This document shows positions 13,689-24,124 of a stretch of DNA of 56,722 nucleotides, piece by piece (positions within the stretch are counted from its first letter, which is position 1; each line of letters starts with the position of its first letter). Under the pieces are notes generated by a model that worked only from the letters and a program-made list of their open reading frames with translations, searched no databases and was not told the origin of the DNA. The stretch comes from Kiritimatiellia bacterium (GTDB lineage: Bacteria > Verrucomicrobiota > Kiritimatiellia > RFP12 > UBA1067), in the NCBI GenBank assembly GCA_045598785.1, contig JAZLMR010000068.1:1-56722 (forward strand), in the 5' to 3' direction. The position numbers and the translations under genes are program-made.

Positions 13689-16628
13689 ATGATCAGGCGA
13701 ATGACATTGTGGGCGGTGGCGCTCGTGGCGACGACGCTGGTGGCGCGCGAACCGAATTACGACGAGTCCAAGATCGCTCCCTACACGCTGGAAGATCCGC
13801 TGACTTTTGTCAATGGGAAGAAGGTGACCAATTGGGACGAGTGGAAGGCGCGGCGGGCGGAAATCGTCCGGATTTTCGAAAAGGAGATGTTCGGGCGCAC
13901 GCCGCCGAAGCCGGAAGCGGTGGTGGCCGAGCTTCTGGAAGAGGGGCCGACGCTCAAGGGCCTGGCCATCCGCCGTCAGTATCGCGTGTGGTACAAGCGC
14001 GACAAGACCGGGCCGCATCTGGACTGGCTGGTCATTCTCCCCAACCGCATCAAGGGCATCGAGCCGAAAGTGGAGAACGGCCGCGTCGTCTGCGAGAACG
14101 AGACCAAGGTGCCGGTCATCCTGTTCCTCAACTACCGCGGCAATCAGCATGTCGTCACCGACCCCGAGGTGTTCAAGTGCACGGGCTGGAGCCGCAACGA
14201 CAAGCCGCATGTGGTCGATCACGTGATTCAGGAGTCCAGCCGCGGCGAGCTGCGTCGGTGCGATTCGACGACGCCGTTTCCGATTGAGACGATTATTGCC
14301 CGCGGCTATGCGGTCATGACCGCCTGCTACTGCGACATTTCGCCCGACGTCGAGGTGCGCAAGGGCGATCCGGAGGAGCTTGCCTACACCGGTGTCTTCG
14401 AGCTGTGGCCGCGCGATCCGAACGCCGACGACAACATTACCGCGATCGGCGCCTGGGCGTGGTCGCTGTCGCGGGGCCTGGATCTTGCCGAGCAGATTCC
14501 CGAGATCGATTCGACCCGGTCGGTCGCCACCGGCTGCTCGCGGCTCGCGAAGACGCCGCTCCTGGCGGCCTCCCGCGACGAGCGTTTTGCGGTTTGCGTC
14601 CCGTGTCAGACCGGCGGCGGCGGCGCGCCGCTCGCCAAGCGCGACTTCGGCGAGAATGTTTCGACCGAGATGCGGGCGTTTCCGCATTGGTATTGCAAGG
14701 CCTATGCCAAATACATTGACAACGAGCAGGCGATGAAGTTCGACCAGCACCTGCTGCTGGCGTCGATCGCCCCGCGCGGGCTGCTGGTGCAGGGCTTCCC
14801 CTCGAATTGGTTCGACACCAAGGGCGAATATCTCGCCTGCGTCGCGGCTTCGCCGGTCTGGGAGCTTCGGGATTCCTTCCGGGGCTTGCCCAAGACGGGC
14901 TTCCCGGCGGAATACTCGACGGCGGCGATCGGCGATCGGCTCGGGTATGTCCGGCGCGGCGGCGAACACGGCATTTCCGGCAGCGACTGGCTGTGGACGA
15001 TGGACTTCGCCGATCAGATCTTCAAGGAGCGGCCGGTGATGAGCATCAAGGGCTTCACGCAGACGGTGAAGATGCTGGAGGGCGAACAGTGGTGGGGCGT
15101 GGCGAATTATTTCGCCAAGGAAATGCCGTTTACCGCCCAAAGCAAGTGCATCATTGACCTGACGGTCAACGGCTACGCCAACCAGTATGCGTCGCTGCTG
15201 ATTTCCGATCGGGGCCGCGAGATCTGGTGCGACCGCCAGTGCCGCTTTGAAATTGCCGATGGCGAAATCAAGGTGATTTCCTCCTCGGGCGCGCCGGTCG
15301 AGGTCGTCGAAGCGGGAAAGAATCTCCGCGAGGCGTTTCTCCATGCGTCGAAGCATCACTTCCCGCCGAGCGGCAAGACGCCCGACCTGGCGTTCATCCG
15401 TTCGCCGCAGTACAACACCTGGATCGAGCTGACCTATAATCAGAACGAGAAGGACATCCTGGCCTATGCGCAGTCGATGCTGGACAACGGGCTGCCGCCC
15501 GGGGTCTTTATGATCGACAACACCTGGCAGCAGAATTACGGCACCTGGGAGTTCGAGTCTTCGCGCTTCAAGGATCCGAAGGGCATGGTCGAAAAGCTCC
15601 ATCAGCAGGGCTTTAAGGTGATGCTCTGGGTGTGCCCGTGGATTTCGATGGATACCGAACCTTACCGGCAGCTTTATACCGGCAAGACCTGGGAAGGCAA
15701 GAAGGTGCCGATCGGCGGCTTCCTCAATCTTGCGCCGGCCGGGCTCGGCGAGCGTGGCGATCCCGCGGCGGTGCAGTGGTGGAACGGCAAGTCGGCCCTG
15801 CTGGACTTCACCCACCCCAATGCCAATCGCTGGTTCACGGAACAGCTCGACCGGTTGGTGAAGGACTATGGCGTCGACGGCTTCAAGCTGGACGGCGGGT
15901 CGCTCCTCTATTACACCCGCGGCTATCATTGCTTCGACAAGTCGGTGCCGAGCGGCGATCAGGCCAACGGCTACCTTAAGTATGCGCTCAAGTATCCGGT
16001 CTGCGAATATCGCCACGCCTGGAAGAACGGCGGGCAGCCGATCGTGATGCGCCTTCACGACAAGAACCACAAGTGGAGCGAAGTCCAGGCGCTCATTCCG
16101 GCGATGATCGCGGGCGGATTGCTCGGCCATTCCTTCATGTGCCCGGACATGGTCGGCGGCGGCAACTGGGTGACTTTCCTGCCGGGGCAGCCGTTTGAAG
16201 AGGAAATGTTCGTCCGCTCGGCGCAGGTGCATGCGCTGTGCGGGCAGATGCAGTTCTCGGCTTCGCCGTGGCGCGTGCTTTCCAAGGCAAACCAGCAGAT
16301 CATCCGCGACCTGGTGAAGATGCGCCAGGAGAAGTTCGCCGAGAAGTTCGTCGCGCTCGCCCGGGAGTGCGGGCATACCGGCGAGCCGATGATCCGCAAC
16401 CTCGAATACATGTTCCCCGGCTGCGGCTACGGTAGCATTCAGGACGAGTTCATGATGGGCGACTTCCTTTTGGTGGCGCCGCAGGTTGAAAAGGGCAAGG
16501 CTACGCGCGAGGTGGTCATTCCGGCCGGCAACTGGAAGGCCGATGACGGTTCGCTCGTCAAGGGACCGTGCAAGCTCGTGGTCAAGACGCCGCTTTCGCG
16601 GTTGCCGTACTTTGAGAAGCAGCCGTGA
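13689..16628 (+). CDS. Fusion protein: carbohydrate esterase family 15 (glucuronoyl esterase-like) + glycoside hydrolase family 31-like TIM barrel
   Basis: The N-terminal half carries the CE15 nucleophile motif TGCSRLAKT and QTGGGGAP. The C-terminal half carries FMIDNTWQ, KVMLWVCPWIS, GVDGFKLDGG and SFMCPDMVGGG, typical of GH31. It is one uninterrupted frame. The start was chosen at the ATG after the SD-like AAAGGAAAG. Confidence 0.72.
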   Translation: MIRRMTLWAVALVATTLVAREPNYDESKIAPYTLEDPLTFVNGKKVTNWDEWKARRAEIVRIFEKEMFGRTPPKPEAVVAELLEEGPTLKGLAIRRQYRVWYKRDKTGPHLDWLVILPNRIKGIEPKVENGRVVCENETKVPVILFLNYRGNQHVVTDPEVFKCTGWSRNDKPHVVDHVIQESSRGELRRCDSTTPFPIETIIARGYAVMTACYCDISPDVEVRKGDPEELAYTGVFELWPRDPNADDNITAIGAWAWSLSRGLDLAEQIPEIDSTRSVATGCSRLAKTPLLAASRDERFAVCVPCQTGGGGAPLAKRDFGENVSTEMRAFPHWYCKAYAKYIDNEQAMKFDQHLLLASIAPRGLLVQGFPSNWFDTKGEYLACVAASPVWELRDSFRGLPKTGFPAEYSTAAIGDRLGYVRRGGEHGISGSDWLWTMDFADQIFKERPVMSIKGFTQTVKMLEGEQWWGVANYFAKEMPFTAQSKCIIDLTVNGYANQYASLLISDRGREIWCDRQCRFEIADGEIKVISSSGAPVEVVEAGKNLREAFLHASKHHFPPSGKTPDLAFIRSPQYNTWIELTYNQNEKDILAYAQSMLDNGLPPGVFMIDNTWQQNYGTWEFESSRFKDPKGMVEKLHQQGFKVMLWVCPWISMDTEPYRQLYTGKTWEGKKVPIGGFLNLAPAGLGERGDPAAVQWWNGKSALLDFTHPNANRWFTEQLDRLVKDYGVDGFKLDGGSLLYYTRGYHCFDKSVPSGDQANGYLKYALKYPVCEYRHAWKNGGQPIVMRLHDKNHKWSEVQALIPAMIAGGLLGHSFMCPDMVGGGNWVTFLPGQPFEEEMFVRSAQVHALCGQMQFSASPWRVLSKANQQIIRDLVKMRQEKFAEKFVALARECGHTGEPMIRNLEYMFPGCGYGSIQDEFMMGDFLLVAPQVEKGKATREVVIPAGNWKADDGSLVKGPCKLVVKTPLSRLPYFEKQP

Positions 16629-18061
16629 GCCGCGTTCGCATTTCCATTCTGACCGGATTGACGCTGGCGCTCTCCCTAGCAGCGCCGGCGCTAGAGCTGG
16701 ACGCACCTTTCGGCCGCTTTGCGATTGCCGAACCTGCCATTCCCGATCGGGAATTCGTCATCACCGAGTTCGGGGCGAGGCCGGATGGTTCCGATTCGTC
16801 CGCGGCGTTTGCCGCCGCCTTTGCGGCGGCGTCGGCCGCCGGCGGCGGGCGGGTGCTGGTGCCGGGCGGCGTCTGGACCGTCGGGGCGATTCACCTTAAG
16901 TCCAATTGCGAATTGCACCTTGACGAAGGCGCGGTCCTGGACTTTCTCGACGATCCGGCCAAGTATCCGGTCGTTGACACGACTTGGGAGGGGCTTGAGT
17001 GCCGCAACTATTCGCCGCTCGTCTACGCCTACGGCTGCACCAACCTTGCCATTGTCGGCAAGGGGCAGCTCCGGCCGCGGATGGCCTTTTGGCGCACTTG
17101 GTTCGGTCGGCCCGAGTCGCATATCGCCGCGACTGGCGAACTTTATCACTGGGGGGCGACGAACGCGACGCTGGCGGCGCGCGACCTGACGAGGCTGCCG
17201 GCTGCGCACATGCGGCCGCACCTCCTGCAGCTCAACCGCTGCGCCCGGATCCGGCTGGAGGGCTTCCGCATCCGCGAGTCGCCGTTTTGGACGGTGCATC
17301 TCTATCATTCTCAGGACGTGGTCGTCCGCGCGCTCGACATCTACGCCCACGGGCACAACAACGACGGCATCGACGTCGACATGACCCAGAACGTGCTGAT
17401 CGAGAACTGCCGTTTCGATCAGGGCGACGACGGCGTCTGTCTCAAGGCGGGCCGGAACGCCGATGCCTGGCGGCTTAACCGGCCGACGGCAAACGTCGTT
17501 GTCCGCAACTGCGATTATGTTCACGCCGGTTCGCTTTTGGGAATCGGCTCGGAACTCTCCGGCGGCGTCCGCAACGTGTGGTTGCACGACTGTCGCATTT
17601 CCTCGCCGAACAACTGCGTGCGCATCAAGACGAATCGCCGGCGCGGCGGTTTCGTGGAAAACGTCTGGGTGGAGAACTGCGAGATCGGCGTCATTCGCGA
17701 GGCGCTCTTCAACATCAAGACCAAATACTATTATCAGTATGCGGTCTTTCCGGACTACGAGTTCCGCTGGACCCCCATCCGCAACATTCATCTTCGCAAC
17801 CTGAAGGCCCAATGCGCCGACTGGATGTTTGACATTGCCGCTGATGAAAAGTGCCCGGCGGAAGACCTCTTTTTCGAGCGGCTGTCGATCGGCGCGGTGC
17901 GATTGGGGATGTCGAAGATCGAAAATGCGCGCGGCGTCACGATGAATCAGGTGACTTTAGGCAAAGACCGACCGGTGCCGCCGGTAGAACTGAAGGACTG
18001 GATTCCCACGGGGGCGCCGGATCAGGCCGACGCCGTGCCGGACTCGGAGCATAAACTATGA
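16625..18061 (+). CDS. Glycoside hydrolase family 28, paralog of 11889-13658
   Basis: GHNNDGIDVD, QGDDGVCLKAG, SLLGIGSE and VRIKTN, plus a signal peptide. Overlaps the previous stop codon. Confidence 0.85.
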   Translation: MSRVRISILTGLTLALSLAAPALELDAPFGRFAIAEPAIPDREFVITEFGARPDGSDSSAAFAAAFAAASAAGGGRVLVPGGVWTVGAIHLKSNCELHLDEGAVLDFLDDPAKYPVVDTTWEGLECRNYSPLVYAYGCTNLAIVGKGQLRPRMAFWRTWFGRPESHIAATGELYHWGATNATLAARDLTRLPAAHMRPHLLQLNRCARIRLEGFRIRESPFWTVHLYHSQDVVVRALDIYAHGHNNDGIDVDMTQNVLIENCRFDQGDDGVCLKAGRNADAWRLNRPTANVVVRNCDYVHAGSLLGIGSELSGGVRNVWLHDCRISSPNNCVRIKTNRRRGGFVENVWVENCEIGVIREALFNIKTKYYYQYAVFPDYEFRWTPIRNIHLRNLKAQCADWMFDIAADEKCPAEDLFFERLSIGAVRLGMSKIENARGVTMNQVTLGKDRPVPPVELKDWIPTGAPDQADAVPDSEHKL

Positions 18062-20910
18062 AAAAATCGTTGGAGTTGATTTTCGTCTCGGCCATGGCGT
18101 TGACGCTGACGGGCGCCGAGCAGGAGTATGGCGAGCGCGAGGAGCGGGTCTATTCGCACTGCTGCTATCAGTCCAAGTTTCTGGACGGCGCCTGGGAGAT
18201 GGCCTACAGTCCTTATGACTGGACGCTGAAAAGCCTGCCGAAATTCCAGGGCGCGGTGGTTACCAACGCGATTCCCGGCTACTGGGAAGATATGATTCCG
18301 GCGTTTCGGCAGGCGGGCATCCAGGACGAGTTCCGGATTCACCCGCGCTACGAGGTGCAGCAGTATCCCATCACCGGTTCGGCGATGGATACGACTTTCC
18401 CGAACCTTACTGGCACCTTCTTCTACCGGCGCAAGGTCACGCTGCAGCGCACGCGGGGCGCGGTGCTGGCTTTTGAAGGCGTCCGCAACCAAGTGTCGGT
18501 CTGGGTCAACGGAGCGTTTGTGGCCCGGCACGAGGGCTATTCCACGCCGTTTGAGCTTCCGGTTCCCGAGGAGGTGCTGACCCGGGGCGAGAATGAAATC
18601 GTGCTCGCGGTTTCCAACGGCCCCGTGCTGGGCTATTGCGATCATGTGATCGGGCTTACCAGCCGCGCAACCTTCGGCGGCACCGGCGGGGTGAACGGGC
18701 ATCTGGAGCTCAGGTTCGTCGGCAATTCGCTGGGCGACGTCTATGTGACGACGGCGGCCGACTTGAAGACCTTTACCATCCACACTTCCGGCCGGGTGCC
18801 GTTCGAATACGAGATTCGCGACGGCGAGCGCACCCTCGCCCAGGGCTGCGGCATTGGCGCAGTCACCCTGTCCGCCCGCGGCTATGAATTCTGGTCGCCG
18901 GAACATCCGCGGCGCTATACGCTGCGCCTCAAGACGCCGGAGGGCAGTTACGGCCAGCGCTTCGGCCTGCGCCGGCTGACGGCCGAGGGCGAGCGGCTCA
19001 AGCTGAACGGCGAGTTCGTTTATCTGCGCGGCGTCACCGAGCACTGCTACTTCCCGAAGACCATGCATTTGCCGCGGGATCTCGGCTACTACCGCATGAT
19101 CACGAAAAAGCGCAAGGAACTCGGCTTCAACTTCGTGCGTTTCCATACTTTCGTGCCGCCAGTCGAATATCTGGAGGCGACGGATGAGCTCGGGATGCTC
19201 GTCCATCTCGAAAGCCCCAATTTCACCACGCTCCACGAATATGCGGAAATCATCGCCTTCGCGCGCCGCCATCCGTCGGTCGTCATCTACTGCACCGGCA
19301 ACGAGACGCGCATCGACCGGCTGGCCGAGGCCTATCTTGAGCAGGTGGCGGCCATGGTGCATTCGCAGACCGATTCGCTCTTTTCGCCGATGAGCGCCTT
19401 GCGCGGGCTTGAGTATGCGCTGATGCCGGGGCTCGATCCGGTGGTCAACGAGCCGTTCAAGCACAACGCCGAGCGGTTTGCGCGGGTGGCGAAGTATACG
19501 GATCTCTTCACTTCCTATCAGCTGTCCATGACCAGTTACGACACGCTGACCAACGGTACGGCGGAAGTGATCGACCGGCATGGCGACGCCTACTGCGGCA
19601 AGCCGCGGCTCGCGCATGAGATCTGCATTGACGGCAGTTATGCCGATCTCAAGCTGGAGCAGGACTATCCGCCGGATTCGCCGATGCTCAAAGTCGGCAT
19701 GTTCTCCGGCGTTCGCCAGCAGCTGAAGGAGAAGGGCCTCTTGGACCGGGCCGACACCTATTTCCGCAACTCCTCGGAATGGATGCGCCGCATCCGCAAG
19801 CATGCGTTCGAGAAGCTGCGGCTTTCGCGGCGGACCGTCGGCTACGACTTCCTCGGCGACATCAACACCCACTGGCATACCTTCGGATATTCGGTCGGGA
19901 TGATGGACGAGTTCTATCGGCTCAAGCCCGGCGAGACGGTCGAGAACGTGCGGCGGTACAATTCGGCGGCCGTCCTCCTCGCCGATCTCGGCAACGAGTT
20001 CAACCTGGTGGCGGGCACGACCAAGCGGGTGGTCTTTACGCTTTCCAACTATTCGGGCGTGACGGCGGATTCGGAGCTTCAGGTCTCGCTCGTCGGCGAA
20101 GACGGGCAAAGCGTCTTTGACGCGGAACTCGATTCGCCGATGATTGCGAACGGCACGGTGGCGGCGCTGGGCGAAGTGGCGGTCAAGCTGCCGAAAGCGG
20201 CCACGGTGAAGAAATATCTTCTCCGCGCCAGCATGGAAGTCGGCGAGACGCGCGTGGCCAACGAATGGGAAATCTATGCCTATCCTCCGGAAACGGCGGT
20301 CGAGGCGCCGGCCAGCGTCAAGGTCGTGAATGCGATTGCCGCCGCCGATTTGCAGGCGAGGCTGCAGGCCGGCGAGCGGGTGATGATCGTCGGTGCGGGG
20401 CCGTTCAAGGCGCAGGAGACCTCGTTCCAGATTGCCCTGGCGGGGCGTTGCAGCGGCAATTATGCGACCGTCATCCGCCCGGGGCATCCGATTTTCGCCC
20501 AGCTTCCCCATGACGGCTATTGCGGCTGGCAATTCCGGCACCTGCTCGACGGCGGGCAGGCGATTCAGCTGGAGCGCGGCGTTGCCTTCGATCCGATCGT
20601 CGACATTGCCTCGTCGGTCAAGTGCGTGATTCGGCAGGCGATGATGTTCGAATATTCGGTCGGGCCGGGCAAGCTGCTGGTCTGCGGGTTCAATTTCGTC
20701 CCGGGCGATCCCGCGTCGGTGTGGCTTTGGAACCGGCTTTGCGAATATGTCGCGGGGGATCAGTTCCAGCCGGCGTCGGCGGTGACGGCCGAGGAGCTGC
20801 AGGCGGCCATCGACGCGCCGCTCGTGACCGGGGCGGTGGACACCAACCGCGCCAAGAACGACAACGATCCGTCGTCGGCGGTGCGGGCCGAGGCGCTGGC
20901 GCAGCCGTAA
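18058..20910 (+). CDS. Glycoside hydrolase family 2-like protein (950 aa)
   Basis: Sugar-binding domain FEGVRNQVSVWVNGAFVARHEGYSTPFELPV. TIM-barrel signatures LRGVTEH, GFNFVRFHTFVPP, TDELGMLV and YCTGNE. Confidence 0.7.
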   Translation: MKKSLELIFVSAMALTLTGAEQEYGEREERVYSHCCYQSKFLDGAWEMAYSPYDWTLKSLPKFQGAVVTNAIPGYWEDMIPAFRQAGIQDEFRIHPRYEVQQYPITGSAMDTTFPNLTGTFFYRRKVTLQRTRGAVLAFEGVRNQVSVWVNGAFVARHEGYSTPFELPVPEEVLTRGENEIVLAVSNGPVLGYCDHVIGLTSRATFGGTGGVNGHLELRFVGNSLGDVYVTTAADLKTFTIHTSGRVPFEYEIRDGERTLAQGCGIGAVTLSARGYEFWSPEHPRRYTLRLKTPEGSYGQRFGLRRLTAEGERLKLNGEFVYLRGVTEHCYFPKTMHLPRDLGYYRMITKKRKELGFNFVRFHTFVPPVEYLEATDELGMLVHLESPNFTTLHEYAEIIAFARRHPSVVIYCTGNETRIDRLAEAYLEQVAAMVHSQTDSLFSPMSALRGLEYALMPGLDPVVNEPFKHNAERFARVAKYTDLFTSYQLSMTSYDTLTNGTAEVIDRHGDAYCGKPRLAHEICIDGSYADLKLEQDYPPDSPMLKVGMFSGVRQQLKEKGLLDRADTYFRNSSEWMRRIRKHAFEKLRLSRRTVGYDFLGDINTHWHTFGYSVGMMDEFYRLKPGETVENVRRYNSAAVLLADLGNEFNLVAGTTKRVVFTLSNYSGVTADSELQVSLVGEDGQSVFDAELDSPMIANGTVAALGEVAVKLPKAATVKKYLLRASMEVGETRVANEWEIYAYPPETAVEAPASVKVVNAIAAADLQARLQAGERVMIVGAGPFKAQETSFQIALAGRCSGNYATVIRPGHPIFAQLPHDGYCGWQFRHLLDGGQAIQLERGVAFDPIVDIASSVKCVIRQAMMFEYSVGPGKLLVCGFNFVPGDPASVWLWNRLCEYVAGDQFQPASAVTAEELQAAIDAPLVTGAVDTNRAKNDNDPSSAVRAEALAQP

Positions 20911-20946
20911 CTTCAACCGCTTATCTAAATCCAAAGGAGAAAAACC

Positions 20947-22233
20947 ATGAACATGAAAACCGTAGCGCTGGCGTTGGGCGCCAGTATGATGGTCGCGGGC
21001 AATGCCGCCGGGCAGGAATGCCTGAAACTGAAGCCGTTTCCCAATCTGCAGCCGGCGCGGGCGGTTTCTGCTGGTCCGCACGACCACTTCCTCGCCAATT
21101 ACTTTGCCATCAATGCCTGGAGCCCCGACAACCGCTATCTGCTGACGTTGGAGACCGATCTCAAGAATCGGATGCCCGACGGCGAGCCGTGCACGCTCGG
21201 GCTCATCGACCTTGAGGACGGCAACAAGTTCATTCCGGTGACCACCACCCGCACCTGGAACTTCCAGGAGGCGGCGATGGCGCATTGGCTGCCCTGGGCC
21301 AAAGACACCTTCGTCTTCAACGACCTGCGCGACGGCAAGTTCGCTGCAGTCGTCATGAACTGGAAGACCAAGGAGGAGCGCGTCCTCGGCGGCTACCCGG
21401 TGTCGGCCGTTTCCGAAGACGGCGAGTGGGCGATTTCCATCAACTACTCGCGCCTTTTCTGCACTCGCCCCGACTACGGCTACGCGGGCGAAGGCCAGGA
21501 CGCGCGCCGCGGGACGGTGTTTCCCGAGGACGACGGGCTCTTTCGCGTCAACTTGCGCACGGGCGAGGCGAAGCTGATCGTCTCCACGGCGGCGGTCAAG
21601 TCGATGGTGCCCGATCCGGGTCCGGTCGGCATGAGCTATCTCTGCCACACCGTCATCTCCAAGGACTTCAAGCGCATCTACTTCCTTTCGCGTTCGGTCT
21701 CCAAGTCGGTCGAAGGCCAGAAGGAGTTCAAGGGCGTCAATTGGGAGACGACGGCCTTCACCTGCAATGCCGACGGCACCGACATCCGCCGCTGCTTTCC
21801 CGACGGCTGGGGCAGCTCGCATTTCAACTGGAAGCCGAATCTCTCCGAGCGCGACGCGCGCACGATGATCGTGACCGCCAAGTGGCTCAACCGGGTCTAC
21901 ACGCACGTCGAGTTCACGGTCGGCGAAGAGGATTACCCGAAGCAGATCGGCGGCGCGGAGATGAGCTTCGACGGCCACTGCATCTACACTCCCGACGGCG
22001 AGTTCATCTCCGGCGACGGCTATTTCGACGAGCAGGGCTATCGCCATTGGAAGATGGTGCGCCTGGCCGACCAGAAGATCAAGGATCTCGGCGCCTGGTG
22101 GACGCCGGAGGTGTATCGCGACATTTACTGCCGCTGCGACCTGCACCCGCGGTGGCGGCCCGACGGCAAGCAGCTCGGCTTCAATTCGGTGCACGAAGGT
22201 TCGCGTCAGGTTTATGTGATGGATGTGAAATAA
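20947..22233 (+). CDS. Oligogalacturonide lyase-like (PL22-like) beta-propeller protein, secreted
   Basis: Signal peptide. Overall propeller pattern. The C-terminal CDLHPRWRPDGKQLGFNSVHEGSRQVYVMDV resembles the conserved end of Ogl-type lyases. The assignment is tentative. Confidence 0.5.
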   Translation: MNMKTVALALGASMMVAGNAAGQECLKLKPFPNLQPARAVSAGPHDHFLANYFAINAWSPDNRYLLTLETDLKNRMPDGEPCTLGLIDLEDGNKFIPVTTTRTWNFQEAAMAHWLPWAKDTFVFNDLRDGKFAAVVMNWKTKEERVLGGYPVSAVSEDGEWAISINYSRLFCTRPDYGYAGEGQDARRGTVFPEDDGLFRVNLRTGEAKLIVSTAAVKSMVPDPGPVGMSYLCHTVISKDFKRIYFLSRSVSKSVEGQKEFKGVNWETTAFTCNADGTDIRRCFPDGWGSSHFNWKPNLSERDARTMIVTAKWLNRVYTHVEFTVGEEDYPKQIGGAEMSFDGHCIYTPDGEFISGDGYFDEQGYRHWKMVRLADQKIKDLGAWWTPEVYRDIYCRCDLHPRWRPDGKQLGFNSVHEGSRQVYVMDVK

Positions 22234-22234
22234 G

Positions 22235-24124
22235 ATGAAAAAGACCAATGAATTCAAGGCTGAGATCGCCGAAATGCTCGATCTCGTCGTCAACTCGCTT
22301 TATTCAAAAAAGGAAATTTTTCTTCGCGAGCTCATCTCCAACGCTTCCGACGCCATCGACCGGGCCAAGTTCCTGGGCCTGACCGACAAGGCGATCGTCG
22401 CCGACAATCCCGAATGGAAGATCGAGATTGCCGTCGACAAGACCGCCAAGACGATGATGGTCGCCGACAACGGCTCCGGCATGGACGCGGGCGAACTGGA
22501 GCAGAATCTCGGCACCATCGCCTCGTCCGGCACCAAGAAGTTCCGGGAAATGCTCAAGGAAAAGGGCGGCGAGTCGCTGCCGGAGCTGATCGGTCAGTTC
22601 GGCGTCGGCTTCTATGCGGCGTTCATGGTGGCCGACAAGGTTCGCGTCGTCACCAAGAGGCGCGGCACCGACCAGGCGTATCAGTGGGAAAGCGACATGT
22701 CGGGCTCGTACACGATCGAGGATGCCGAGCGCGACGGCTACGGCACTTCGATCATGCTGCATTTCCGCGATGACCAGGCGGAGTATCTTGACCAGTGGCG
22801 CGTTTCGGAGCTGGTGCGGAAGTATTCCGACTTCATCGCCTATCCGATAACCTTCCGGCAGCTCGACCTTCCCAAGGACGAAAAGGAAGAGGACCGCAAG
22901 CGTCGCGAGGAAAACGAGGCGAAGCCGCTCAACACCCGGGTGGCGCTCTGGAAGCGGGCCAAGAAGGACGTCAAGGACGAGGAGTACGCCGAGTTCTACA
23001 AGCATCTGACCCACGACTGGGAAGGGCCGTTTGAGACGATTCCGTTCGCCGGCGAGGGGCAGGTGGAGTTCAAGGCGCTGCTGTTCCTGCCCAAGAAGGC
23101 GACGATGGAGCTCTTCATGCCCAATCAGAAGCGCGGGCTGTCGCTCTATGTCCGCAACGTCTTCATCGGCGACGACATCGAGATGCTGCTGCCGAGCTGG
23201 CTTCGGTTCGTGAAGGGCGTGGTCGACAGCTCCGACCTGCCGCTCAACGTCTCGCGGGAGATGCTGCAGGACGACGCTATCATCGCCAAGATCAAGACGG
23301 CCGTCACCAAGAAGGTGCTTTCGACGCTGGAAGACCTCAAGAAGAAGGATCCGAAGCGCTACGATGAGTTCTATGCCGCGTTCGGCACCGTGCTCAAGGA
23401 GGGCGTGCATGTCGATTGGGAGCATGCCGACCGCATCAAGAAGCTGATCAAGTATCCGACCGCCCGGGGCGAAGCCGGCCAGCTGATGTTCCTGGAGGAC
23501 TATGTCAAGGACATGGCCGCCGACCAGAAGGACATCTATTATTTCGTCTGCGAACGCGAAGCCGACGCCCGCAAGGCGCCGCAGCTGGAGGCGGCCCGCC
23601 GTCACGGGTGCGACGTGCTGCTGTTCTGCGATCCGGTTGACGAGTATCTCACCGAGTCGCTGCGCGAGTTCGACGGCAAGAAGTTCGTCGATGTCGCCAA
23701 GGGCGAGGTGCAGTTCGGCTCCGAAGCCGAGCAGAAAGCGGAGAAGGAGTCGCTGGACAAGACTGCCGCCGAGCTGAAGCCGTTCTTGGACGCGGTCAAG
23801 CAGCAGCTGGAGGCGCAGGTGGCCGAAGTGCGGCTTTCGTCGCGGCTTACGGATTCGCCTTGCTGTCTGGTGGCGAAGGAGAACTCCCTGCCGCCGTCGA
23901 TGGTACGGATGATGCGCGCGATGAAGCAGGAGGTGCCGGACGAGAAGCGCGTTCTCGAGCTTAACGCCGCGCATCCGCTCATCGCCAAGGTCCGGGGGCT
24001 GGAAGGCGACGCACTCAAAGACGCAGTTTCGCTCCTTTATGACGCGGCGCTCATCGCCGAAGGTTCGCCGGTGGCGGACGGCGCGCGCTTTACGAAACTC
24101 CTGGCGGAGCTAATGCTCAAGTGA
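22235..24124 (+). CDS. htpG: Molecular chaperone HtpG (Hsp90)
   Basis: FLRELISNASDAIDR, GQFGVGFYAAF, 629 aa, colinear with HtpG throughout. Confidence 0.95.
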   Translation: MKKTNEFKAEIAEMLDLVVNSLYSKKEIFLRELISNASDAIDRAKFLGLTDKAIVADNPEWKIEIAVDKTAKTMMVADNGSGMDAGELEQNLGTIASSGTKKFREMLKEKGGESLPELIGQFGVGFYAAFMVADKVRVVTKRRGTDQAYQWESDMSGSYTIEDAERDGYGTSIMLHFRDDQAEYLDQWRVSELVRKYSDFIAYPITFRQLDLPKDEKEEDRKRREENEAKPLNTRVALWKRAKKDVKDEEYAEFYKHLTHDWEGPFETIPFAGEGQVEFKALLFLPKKATMELFMPNQKRGLSLYVRNVFIGDDIEMLLPSWLRFVKGVVDSSDLPLNVSREMLQDDAIIAKIKTAVTKKVLSTLEDLKKKDPKRYDEFYAAFGTVLKEGVHVDWEHADRIKKLIKYPTARGEAGQLMFLEDYVKDMAADQKDIYYFVCEREADARKAPQLEAARRHGCDVLLFCDPVDEYLTESLREFDGKKFVDVAKGEVQFGSEAEQKAEKESLDKTAAELKPFLDAVKQQLEAQVAEVRLSSRLTDSPCCLVAKENSLPPSMVRMMRAMKQEVPDEKRVLELNAAHPLIAKVRGLEGDALKDAVSLLYDAALIAEGSPVADGARFTKLLAELMLK

